Below, in pieces: positions 52,481-64,000 of a DNA stretch of 64,000 nucleotides. This DNA is from an uncultured Acidobacteriota bacterium. GTDB lineage: Bacteria > Acidobacteriota > UBA6911. Position 1 is the stretch's first letter, and each line of letters opens with the position of its first letter. Made by a program: the position numbers and the translations under genes. The DNA lies in NCBI GenBank assembly GCA_963843575.1, contig CAWJKZ010000021.1, positions 128,001 through 192,000 on the forward strand. Reading direction: 5' to 3'. The notes beneath the pieces were generated by a model. That model searched no databases and was not told the DNA's origin. It saw only the letters and a list, made by a program, of their open reading frames with translations.

Positions 52481-54149
52481 TCAGATTTCGAGGATTACGG
52501 GGACGATCATCGGGCGCGTGGCGGTGCGTTTGCGGAAAAAGCGCTTCAAGTCCGCACGGACGATCTCGGTCAGCACCAGGGCGTCGGCGCGTTCCTCGTC
52601 GCTGCATTCCTCGACGGTCTTCAGCACCACCTGCCTCGCTTCGGCGAGGATGGCGGCACCGCCGTCTTCCTGGATGTGCCCCCTGCTGACCAGTTCCGGC
52701 ATCCCCTCCAGTGCGGCCGCTGGACTTGTTGATCGGCACGACGGCCAGCACGACTCCTTCCTCCGACAGATGCTGCCGATCCTTGACGACCAACTCGTCC
52801 AGCTCCGCGATTCCGCCCTCGTCGATGAACCGTCTGCCCACGGGGGCCTTGCCGCGGATCTCCACGGATTCCGGCGTCAGCACGAGGATGTCCCCGGATT
52901 CCGCCATGATGATCCGTTCCTTCGGGAAGCCGGTTTCGCGTGCGATCAGGGCGTGATGGTACAGCTGCCGGTACTCCCCGTGGATCGGGGTGAAAAACCT
53001 CGGCCGCACCAGGTTGAGCATCAGCTTGAGTTCCTCCTGGCTGGCATGGCCGGACACGTGCACCATCCAGTGGCTCTCGTCGTAGACCCGGGCGCCCCTG
53101 CGGCAGAAGTGGTTGATCAGGTGCGAAACCCGCTGTTCGTTGCCGGGAATGGCGCGGGCGCTGATGATGACGGAGTCCTCGGGTTCGACGCTGAAGTCCT
53201 TGTGTTTGCCGATGGCCAGCTTGGAGAGTGCCGCCATCGGTTCTCCCTGGCTGCCGGTGCTCAGGAGCACGATTTCGTCGGTCCGACAACCTGCCGGCTT
53301 CCTGCATGTCGGCCAGGACGCCTCGAGGCACGTCGAGATAGCCGAGGGATTGGGCGATCGCGATGTTTTCCTTCATGCTGCGCCCGACCGGCACGACGCG
53401 GCGGCCGAACTGGCCGGCGAGTTCGAGCACGATCTGGATCCGGTGGATGCTCGAGGCAAAGCAGGCGACGATGATCTTGCGCTTGCTGCTGTGAAACACC
53501 TGCTCCACGTGGTGCCTGACGACGCTTTCGGACGGCGTGTAGCCCGGCCGTTCGCTGTTGGTGCTGTCGGAGAAGAGCGCCAGCACCCCCTGCTCTCCCA
53601 GGAGACAGAACCGGGCGTAATCGCTCGTCTGCAGGTCCGGAGGCGACTGGTCGAATTTGAAGTCGCCGGTGTGGACGATGGTGCCGACGGGGGTCGTGAC
53701 GGCCAGCCCGATGCTGTCGGCGATGCTGTGGGTGACCCGCAGGAACTCGATGTCCAGGTCCTCCACCTGCAGCCTCTCGCGCGGGTGGACTTCGTTGAGC
53801 TCGGCGCGGTCCAGCAGTCCGTGTTCCGCGAGGCGTCCCCGGGCAAATCCCAGGGTCAAGGGTGTGCCGTACACCGGCAGCCGGGATCTGCTCGAGCAGG
53901 TAGGGGAGGGCGCCGATGTGGTCCTCGTGACCGTGGGTCAGGACGACCGCGCGAACTTCTTCCTTGTGCTCGAGCAGGTAGCGAAAGTCGGGGACCACCA
54001 GGTCGACCCCGAGCAGGTCGTCCCGGGGAAACATCAGGCCTGCGTCGATGACGAGGATGGAGCCGCGGCAGCGGACTGCCATCATGTTCATGCCGAATTC
54101 CCCAAGGCCTCCAAGGGGTACTATTTCTACAACAGTTACCGTCGATCAC
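52481..54149 (-). CDS. rnj: Ribonuclease J (frameshifted)
   Basis: GMNM, THGHEDHIGA, HTGDFK, DSTN, FASSIHR, TGSQGEP, HVSGHA and PIHGE. Confidence 0.95.
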
Positions 54150-54207
54150 ACTTTTTCCTGAGGAGAAAATTCAGTATAGCACGAGCCGCATTCCGCGGTT
54201 CGGCGAA

Positions 54208-54246
54208 CTTCGAGATTCTTTGAGCTATTGGATCCCCGGCGGTGAG
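54208..54246 (-). repeat. Repeat family B copy
   Basis: Reverse complement ctcaccgccggggatccaatagctcaaagaatctcgaag. Confidence 0.65.
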
Positions 54247-54295
54247 TTTCACTGCCTTGCCTCCAGACCAGGACCTCGGAGGACCTCAAGGGGTG

Positions 54296-55111
54296 TTAGA
54301 GGGATCTCATGTCAGCCAGAATCCGGCCAAGCGTTTCATACTCCTCGAGCGCGAGTTGCTCGGGCCGGCGCCCGCCGTCGATCCCCGCGCGGGCTAGGAG
54401 CTGCCGGGCGACCGGCGCGACGGCCGGGGCGTGCTTCAGCGAGTTGAGCCAGTGTCTTGCGTCGATGGCCGAATGCGGCCCGGGCCACTTCCAGGAACGC
54501 GGCCTCATGGGCGGGCGTCAGGGCTTTGACCCTGGGGCGAAACACGACTATGGCCGACACGACTTTGGGCGGGGGTGAGAAGGAACCCGGGGAGACCTTG
54601 AACGCGATTCGGGCGTCGGCCCGATGGCGGCACTGGACCGACAACAGTCCGTAGTCTCTGGAACCGGGGCCGGCGACGATGCGCTCGGCGACCTCGAGCT
54701 GCAGCATGAAAGTCAGATCGTGGAAGGGAAGGTCCCCATAGAGGAACTTCTCTACAACTGCCGTCCCGATGTTGTACGGCAGGTTGCCGGCGACCCGCAG
54801 TCTGTCGCCCCGGGAGGGCGTCGCGGACCAGGCGCTGGACATCCAGCCCGAGGATGTCGTCGTCAACGACCGACGACCGACGGGTGCGCGGCGACGGTCT
54901 CGCGCAGGACGGGCAGGACATCCCGGTCGAACTCGACGGCAAACAGGCAGAAGACCGCCGGAGCCAGCCGGACCGTGAGGGCTCCCGTACCCGCTCCAAC
55001 CTCGAGAAACACGTCGTCGGGCGACGGTCGCACTAGCCTGACGAGCCGCTCCAGAACGCCGCTATCCCTAAGAAAATGTTGCCCGAAGCGCTTCTTTGCG
55101 AGAACCTCCAT
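54296..55111 (-). CDS. rsmA: 16S rRNA m6(2)A dimethyltransferase (frameshifted)
   Basis: KKRFGQHFL, EVGAGTG, GNLPYNI, QLEVAERI, YGLLSV, FSPPPKV, RRKTL and RPEQL. Confidence 0.93.
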
Positions 55112-55116
55112 TTGAC

Positions 55117-55145
55117 TTGACTTCCCTGGGGTGCGTCACCATAAT
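55117..55145 (+). promoter_or_regulatory. Sigma70 promoter for trxA
   Basis: TTGACT, 17 bp, CATAAT. Confidence 0.65.
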
Positions 55146-55207
55146 GACACGTTTGTTTTCGGGCCCGTGGGTCTCGGACGGGCAATCATAACCTTTGGAG
55201 GGTGAAG

Positions 55208-55534
55208 ATGAGCGCTAAAGTTTCAGAAGTTGGGGACCAGAACTTCGAGGTGGAAGTTCTGAATGCGGGCGTACCCGTTCTGGTCGACTTCTGGGCTGCC
55301 TGGTGTGCCCCGTGCCGCATGCTGGCACCCGTGGTCGAGGCGATTGCCGACAAGTACGCGGGCAAGGCGAAGGTCGTCAAGCTCAACGTCGACGAAAACA
55401 CGATGACCTCGGGAAAGTACAACATCAAAGGCATCCCGACCCTCCTGCTGTTCAAAGACGGCATGATCAAAGAGCAGATCGTGGGCAACACGACGAAGGA
55501 CACGATCTCGAAAATGATCGATAACCACCTGTGA
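55208..55534 (+). CDS. trxA: Thioredoxin
   Basis: VLVDFWAAWCAPC and GIPTLLLFK; GGAGG RBS. Confidence 0.96.
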   Translation: MSAKVSEVGDQNFEVEVLNAGVPVLVDFWAAWCAPCRMLAPVVEAIADKYAGKAKVVKLNVDENTMTSGKYNIKGIPTLLLFKDGMIKEQIVGNTTKDTISKMIDNHL

Positions 55535-55542
55535 TTCAATAG

Positions 55543-57053
<1,511 letters not shown>

Positions 57054-57110
57054 TTCGGCGTGCCCGACCCCCGGCCGCGTGCGGTACAATTAGCAGATCG
57101 AGGTTGCGTC

Positions 57111-58216
57111 ATGGTTTCGCTCAACGATCTGCTCCAGAAAAACACCGTCCCCGGGGAACTCTTCGAAAAGCTCGACGGCAACCGGGTCCGCTGCGTCGCG
57201 TGCGGACACCGTTGCCCCATACCCGATGGCGCCCTGGGCGTCTGCAAAGTGCGGTTCAACAGGGGCGGGGTCCTCAGGGTCCCGTTCGGCTACGTCGCCG
57301 GCACGCAATGCGACCCGATCGAGAAGAAGCCGTTTTTCCACGTCCGTCCGGGTGCGCTGGCCTTCAGTTTCGGGATGCTCGGGTGCGACCTGCATTGCGG
57401 CTATTGCCAGAACTGGGTGACATCGCAGGCATTGCGCGACCCGGAGGCGGTCTCGCCCGCCCTGCGCGCGACTCCCGAGCAGCTCGCCGGCCTGGCCGTT
57501 TCCCAGGGCGCCGAGGTCGTGGTCAGCACCTACAACGAGCCGCTGATCACCGCCGAATGGGGCGTGGCGGTCTTCAGAGGAAGCCAGGAAGGCCGGGCTG
57601 ATGACCGGCTTCGTGTCCAACGGCAACGCGACCCCGTCGGTCCTCGAGTACCTCGCGGCCGTGGCTCGACATCTACAAAGTCGACCTGAAGAGCTTCGAC
57701 GACCGCCGCTACCGGCAGCTCGGAGGCCGGCTGCAGCCGATACTCGAGACCATCCAGGCGCTTTGCCGGATGGGGATCTGGGTCGAGATCGTCACCCTCC
57801 TGGTCCCCGGGTTCAACGACTCGGAAGAAGAGCTGGCAAAGCTCACCGGGTTCATTGCCGGGGTCTCGCCCGACATTCCGTGGCATGTGACCGCCTTTCA
57901 TGCGGACTACAAGATGACCGATCCGAGGGACACCACCACGCACGACCTCCTGCGGGCGGCCGAAATCGGCAAGCGGGCCGGGCTGCGGTATGTCTATGCG
58001 GGAAATCTCCCGGGGAGGGTCGGCGGACATGAGGACACTGTCTGCCCAAGTTGCGACAAACTGCTGGTGCAGCGGAGGGGATACCGGATTCTCGGTTACC
58101 CGCTGACCGCCGCAGGGGATTGCCCGGATTGCGCGCGGCCGGTTCCGGGCCGCTGGGCACACCAGTACCGCCCACAGCAGACCGATTACCCGGTCGCGCT
58201 GCGGCGAGCCCTGTAG
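57111..58216 (+). CDS. amrS: AmmeMemoRadiSam-system radical SAM enzyme (frameshifted)
   Basis: CVACGHRC, DPIEKKP, GCDLHCGYCQN (CxxxCxxC), TYNEP, IPWH and YVYAGN. Confidence 0.9.
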
Positions 58217-58256
58217 ACGCCCCCCGGTCTCACCCCGCGCGAAGGCGGTCCGGGGC

Positions 58257-59717
58257 CTACTGCGACCCTGGCGGGCGCGCTTTTGCCTGCTTCAAGGCGG
58301 CGGCCTCGGGCCGGGTCCGATAAAAATCGTCCAGGGGGAAACAGCCCGACGGCAGGCCGTTGCGCGGTGCGGTCGTGCAGTCGCTGAAGGTGCGGCAGAG
58401 CTTCTCCCGGGCAACGGGCCGTCCCGCGAGCGTGTCGGCCGGCAGCTCCGGGTAGGAGAGCATCATCCTGCCGAGCCCGGCAAAGTCCATTCGCCCTTCC
58501 CGAACGCACACCTGTGCGACGTGGGGCAGGTATTCCTGCAGGTAGGTAAAACCCGAGCCGACAATCAAGATGCCGGGGTACGCGCGCTTCAGGTGGGCGG
58601 CGGCCGACAGCTGCATGGCTACTGCTACAAGGGGGTCTTCGGGTGGATCGTATCCGTCCGAAGGAGGGAACAGGGCCGGCCTCTGGATGTGCGGGTTGTA
58701 GTAAGGGCTGCCAGCAGTGACACACACAGAGCGAGATGCCCAGGTCCTTCAGCAACCCGACAAACTCCACGGTCTCGCCGAGGTCCGGGCGTCGTCGGGC
58801 GCCGGGGATCGCAGCCGAAGGCGAACCGATAGGGGCCCTCCCATGGCTCGGGTTCCCCGTCCCCGTTCTGCGCCCGGCGGAACGGGATAGTGTCGAACGC
58901 GCTCAGCCGAACCGCCAGTCCCAGCCCCGGTTCCGCGGCCCGCACTCCTGCGACGATTTCCTTGAGGAAACGCGTGCGGTTTTCCAGCGGTCCACCGAAC
59001 GGCGCCCGGACGCGAAACGGCGCTCAGAAACTCGTGGCCGAGATATCCGTGGCAGTGCTTAATGTCGACGAAATCGAAACCGGCCCGCGCGGCCAGACGT
59101 GCGGCACGGACGAAGTCGTCGATGATCCCGCCGGATCTCGCCGTCGGAGAGCACCGGGGCAGGACGGATCGATCCGGAGACGCGCATCGAGAACGGGGTG
59201 GTGGTACAGGATGTGCGGCTCCAGGTCTGTCCTTGCGGTAAGGGCGGCAGTATCGGCCGGAATGCGTGAGCTGCAGCCCGACCACGAGATCGTCGCGGCG
59301 GCCGGACGCCTCGACGTGGGCCCGGGCCAGTTTCTCGCGCAGGGATTCGAACCGCCCGTACGTTGCCGTCGCAGATCCAGAGCTGATTCGGGTTTGCCCT
59401 ACCCTCCGGCGAGACCGCGACCGCCTCTCCGCCCCACACCAGTTTGGCGCCGCTCCTGCCGAAGCGCGACCATCGTCGTTCGGTCAGCTCGCTCGGCGCC
59501 CCGTCGGCCCCGCCGTCCCAGCCTTCCATCGGCAGGACGCACCAGCGGTTTCCGATGGTGCGGTTTCCCCAGGAAACCGGCGCCGGCCAGGGCGAGGCGG
59601 GCGCCATTGGATTGACGGGCCGTCGACGGGCAGTTCGAGGGTGAGGGCGGCCAGGTGGGCCCGGAATTCGTCCACGGTCTTCAGCGAGGCGATGCGGGTG
59701 TAACGTCGTTGGGTCAC
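58257..59717 (-). CDS. NADH:flavin oxidoreductase / Old Yellow Enzyme family (frameshifted)
   Basis: [40 protein letters not shown] and CRTFSDC. Confidence 0.85.
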
Positions 59718-60470
59718 GGGAGTGCGCCCTGGGCTCGAAGGATCGTCCGGATAGTGTCGCCGTACTCGGCGATCCGCGCGGTCATCGACTTGTGCATACG
59801 CCTGGGACGCGGGAGATCGACGACGAGTACGTGGCGCACGCGGGCGGGCGGTTCCGACAGCACCGCCACGCGGTCGCCCAGCTGGACCGCTTCGACGATG
59901 TCGGTCGTCGCCAGGATGGCGGCGAAGCGCTCGTTCATCCACAGGCGCTGCACGTCCATCCAGAGATGTTCCCGGGCGAGCGGGTCCAGCCCGCGGAACG
60001 GGTCGTCGAGCAGCACCAGTCCGGGTTTGTGGATCAGGGCGCGGCACAGCGCCACCCGGCGCGCGATCTCCGGCGGCAGCGACGCGGGCATGGACGTCGG
60101 CGTAATCCGCCGCCCCCGAGCAAGCCCGAGCAGAAGGCGCGCGCGCTCCCTCGCGGGAACCGGCGCCAGTCGCCGCACTTCGGCGCCCAGCAGGATATTC
60201 CGCCGCACGCTGCGCCACGGCAACAGCGCCGGCTCGCCCCAGACGTATCCCGGGTCCGTCTCCCGGGTCTGGACACGGGACGGTTCCGCCGGAGAAGGGC
60301 CCGTGGACTGCAGTCCGGCGATCGTGCGCAGCAGCGCAGTCTTGCCGCAGCCGTGCGGCCCCATCAGAACCAGCAAGTTCGCCCCGGCCGACCTCGAGGA
60401 CCGTGGCCGCGGGCGGCGCCGCCGCGTCTTCAAGGCGAACAACCCATTCCAGATCGGACTTGCCTGTCAC
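59714..60470 (-). CDS. ABC transporter ATP-binding protein, SsuB/TauB-like
   Basis: Walker [24 protein letters not shown]; start uncertain (frameshift). Confidence 0.75.
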
Positions 60471-60585
60471 GGTACCGGCCCTTAGTATGGGACGCGGTCC
60501 AGTATATAGCGTGTCCGTTCTGCGGCATAACACGTTCCCGCCCCCGCCCCCAGGGTGCGGGCCCATCGGCCCCTTGGAATCTGAC

Positions 60586-61813
60586 ATGATGGAATCCGAA
60601 CCCTCCAGATCCCGGATCACGGCTCCCGCGGCGTCTCGCCTCACCCTGGCGCACGTCGCGGCCACGGCCTTCCTGGCGCTGTTTTCCATCGTCGGGTTCG
60701 CCCTTGTACGGACTGCCGTTCTTCTACGACTTCATGGTGCGCGATTTCGGCTGGACGCGGGCGCAGGTGACCTCGGGAAACGCCGTCAGCAAGCTGCTGG
60801 TCGGGCCCCTCTTCGGGTTCATCGCCGGCTGGATCGTGGACCGGTTCGGGCCGCGCCGCCTCATGCTCTCGGGGATTCTGATGGCGGGGGGCGCGCTCAT
60901 TGGCCTCGGCTTCACCACCAGTCTCGGGTTTTTCTATTTCTTTTACCTGTTCAACGCGCTCGGGTACGTCTGCGGAGGGCCTCTGCCGAACCAGGTGCTG
61001 CTGTCGCGCTGGTTCGACAAGGCCCGCGGCAAGGCGATGGGGATCGCCTATCTCGGGATCGGGATCGGCGGCGCGATCGTGCCGCTGCTGGCCAACCGTC
61101 TGATCCACGGCATGCACTGGCAGTCCGCGCTGGTCACGCTCGGGATCCTGATGATCGCAATCGCCTTCCCGGCAGCCTACTTCGTGAGGGAGGGGCCTCC
61201 CCGACCTCACGCCGCACCCGCGGAACCGCCCGCCAGAGCTGGGTTTGCCTTCAAGACGCCGGCTTTTTATCTCCTGGCCTTGGGGAGCATGTGCTCAATC
61301 GGCGCCGTGGGCGGCACGATGCAGAACCTGAAGCTCTTCCTCAGCCTCGATCAGCAACTGCCGCAGGACACGATTGCACGGGTGCTCTCGCTGGTTCTGG
61401 TCACCAGCATCGCCGGTCGGCTCCTGATGGGCTGGCTTGCCGACCGGTACGCGAAGAAATATGTGATGCTGCTGATCTACACGATTGTCGCCGCCGCGAT
61501 CCCCCTGCTGTTCAGCGCCTCCTCGGGCTGGGCCCTGCTCCTGTTCGCCTTGGTGTTCGGCATCGGCCTCGGCGGCGACTACATGATCATCCCGCTCATG
61601 GCCGCCGACATCTTCGGCGTGCGGATCCTGGGCCGACTGATGGGGGTCATCCTGACCGCGGACGGCGTGGCCGAAGCCCTGTCGCCGATGTTGGTTGCCA
61701 CCATACGAGACCGGACAGGGAGCTATTCCGCCGGCTTCGCGATTCTGATCGGTCTGGCCGCGTGCGGCGCGCTCGCCGTCGCTTTCCTCCCCAAGGGGGG
61801 CGCAAAGGCGTAA
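60586..61813 (+). CDS. MFS transporter (frameshift near 60700)
   Basis: About 12 TM segments, GWIVDRFGPRR and GWLADRY motifs. Confidence 0.9.
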
Positions 61814-61920
61814 CGGAATCCCGAGAATCAATTGCCACGTTGCATCTGATTCCAGATGGACCCGAGTGTCCATCCGTGGCGGTCTTGTTGTCGACAGGGC
61901 AGGATTTGTGGCGGCGCGGC

Positions 61921-62667
61921 CTATGCCCACGGGCTGAGCACGCGCTCCGCCGCTTTGATGCAGCCAATGAGGAGGGCTGCAAGTGCCGCGGCGCAAAGGA
62001 AGGAGGCAAACAGCAGCGGCGTGTTCATCCTGGTGATCGCCGAGAGCATCAGGTATCCCAGACCGGCTTCCGCCTGGACGAACTCGGCCGTGACCGCTGC
62101 CGCGACACCTGCAGTAGCCGCCGTCTTCAGCGACCGGCAGAGTGGCGGCAAGACGTAGGGCACCATTAGTTTCATGGTCACCTGGGCCGGCGTCGCCCGC
62201 AGGGTGTGCATCATCTCCGGCATCTCGGCTGGAATCCGCCGCAAGCCCCTCAGCACCGCCCCAGCGATGAGTGGGAAGGTAACCAGGGTGACCAGAAAGG
62301 CGCGGGGCACCTCGCCATAACCGAACCAGAGCACCAGGACCGGGGCCAGGGCGGCTACCGGAATCGCATGCCATGCCCCGGTGAATCCGAGCAGCATTCC
62401 ACTCGCGCGCTGAAAAGAGGCACAGACGAGGCCCGCAGCCAAGGCCAGGGCCAGGGCTGCCCCGAGGCCGGACAGCCAGGCGGTCGCCGTCGAAAGAAGG
62501 TGCTGCAGCAGCTCGGGCGAACTGCGCCACGCCTCGAGGACTATGCGCGACGGGGTGGGGAGGGTGTCGGGCCTGAGACGCAGAAAACGCCCGGCGAGTT
62601 CCCAGGCGATAAACGCAACCGTCCACGAGAGCAGGGTATGGCCGGAATGCGCCTGCGTCCTGTGCAT
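61921..62667 (-). CDS. ABC transporter permease, SsuC/NitT-like
   Basis: WE..LPTPS, IPVAALAPVLVLWFG, EAA-like loop, AEF...GLGYLM. Confidence 0.85.
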   Translation of the reverse strand: MHRTQAHSGHTLLSWTVAFIAWELAGRFLRLRPDTLPTPSRIVLEAWRSSPELLQHLLSTATAWLSGLGAALALALAAGLVCASFQRASGMLLGFTGAWHAIPVAALAPVLVLWFGYGEVPRAFLVTLVTFPLIAGAVLRGLRRIPAEMPEMMHTLRATPAQVTMKLMVPYVLPPLCRSLKTAATAGVAAAVTAEFVQAEAGLGYLMLSAITRMNTPLLFASFLCAAALAALLIGCIKAAERVLSPWA

Positions 62668-62884
62668 GTTTTCACGTCCCGGTGTCGGTCGTCCGACCCG
62701 CGCCGGAGGCCGATTATCTGAATCCCGCGCAACCAATATACTACTGCCGCCGCGCCGTACAGGATAAGACTCTTGCCATCCTGCGGCGGGAAATCTTCCC
62801 GCCGCACCTGCGAGGCGCGTTTCTCGCGTCGGCCGCAGCACGCCCAACAAGGCAACCCGCACCGAGACGAGGTACTTCCAGACC

Positions 62885-63286
62885 CTACCCCATCGTGTTG
62901 ACGCGCTCCGCGGTGATCTTGTAGATGACCCGCACTTCGCCCGGTGCCCTGTTGGGATACCGGTCGAGGTTGAGGTACTTTTGGGCCATCCTGTCGATGT
63001 GCTGGTCCGCGCCGTCTTCCGTGATGTCCACCACACGCCCTCGGATGCCGAGATACCGATACGGGTTGGCAGGATCCATGATCGCGAGGGCCACGTTCGG
63101 GTTGTTGCGCATGTTGCGGTCCTTCACGCGCCCCTTGGCCGTGTTGACGATGATGTGCCGGCCGTCGTAGTCGCACCAGACCGGGCTGACCTGCGGGCTG
63201 CCGTCCGGCATGATGGTCGCGAGGTTTGCGAATGCGGGTTTTTGCAGCAGGTCGAGAAAGTTCTGAGGAATGGTTGCCTGTGACAT
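62885..63286 (-). CDS. PPOX-class putative F420-dependent oxidoreductase
   Basis: LATIMPDGSPQVSPVW, GRVKDRN..NPNVAL and YRYLGIRG. Confidence 0.88.
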   Translation of the reverse strand: MSQATIPQNFLDLLQKPAFANLATIMPDGSPQVSPVWCDYDGRHIIVNTAKGRVKDRNMRNNPNVALAIMDPANPYRYLGIRGRVVDITEDGADQHIDRMAQKYLNLDRYPNRAPGEVRVIYKITAERVNTMG

Positions 63287-63355
63287 GATCCCCTCCTCCG
63301 GGCGGAGTGCCCGGTGTTTCAACTGCTTCGTCCGTGCGACCCGGCAGCGACGCCG

Positions 63356-64000
63356 CTACCGAAACAGGTCATCGCCGGCGGGACGGATCAGCTGGCGGCC
63401 GGAGCCGTCCGCCGGGTTGTAGTGGAAACCGTCGACGATCGCGACCGGGATAGCCGGAGGCCTTGCCCATAACCAGTTCGGCCGCGCCGGCCAGTTCGTC
63501 GGCTACCGCCAGGAGGGTGGCCGCTGAGGGGGCGGCCGCACCAGTCTACCTGGCCGCGGTAGTCGATGAAAGGCGAGAGGCCCGCGACGCCGAGCGCCAC
63601 GTTGGTCAACCCCTGGCGCCAGGGGCGGCCGAACGTGTCCGAGACGATGACCGCGACCTCTATCCCCAAGGCGTCCGACGAGACCGCGCTGCAGCTGGCG
63701 GGCGGACTCGTCGGGGTCCGCGGGGAGAAGCGTCACGCAGCCTTCGGGCGCGTTGGACGCGTCCACGCCCGCGTTGGCGCAGATGAACCCGCCGTGAGTC
63801 TCGACGATCAGGACCCCGTGGCCCGCTCGCACGATCCGCCGGGATTCGCGCAGCACGATCTCGACCATACGCGGGTCTTTGCGCAGTTCCGCCGCGAGCG
63901 ACTCGGCGCGCGCGGACGGCACCACCGAATCGAGCCGGACGATCCTCCCCTCGGCCTTGCTGACCGCCTTCTGGGCCACAATGAACACGGGACCGGGCCC
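63356..64000 (-). CDS. cofE: Coenzyme F420-0:L-glutamate ligase (partial, frameshifted)
   Basis: QKAVSKAEGR, ICANAGVDASN, LLPADPD, SDTFGRPWRQG, ADELA and DLFR end. Confidence 0.9.

Overview
High-GC bacterial DNA, most likely Acidobacteriota: it has three Acidobacteria-style VWA proteins, Tat-exported enzymes and a typical secreted hypothetical protein. The left 37 kb is almost free of frameshifts. It carries metabolic and secreted genes (S8 protease, amidohydrolase pair, glgC, argA, FKBP, metalloprotease/NHL protein, triple-RidA fusion). It also holds an accessory island at about 17.6-30.6 kb that combines MbtH, a one-module C-A-T-TE NRPS, a convergent stand-alone A-T enzyme, a glycosyltransferase-like protein, an exosortase/CPBP-protease fusion (XrtE type) with its tiny PELD-CTERM substrate, a processive GT2 and a cysC remnant. 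A hybrid kinase and an Xre-RES toxin-antitoxin pair follow. From about 37.4 kb onward, housekeeping genes (ftsK, rnj, rsmA, purA, ggt, larE, amrS, cofE) are split by many indels, most likely sequencing error. At least four intergenic repeat families are present, including a 10-bp-period inverted array element whose terminus overlaps TAA stop codons. No rRNA, tRNA, CRISPR array or transposase was seen.
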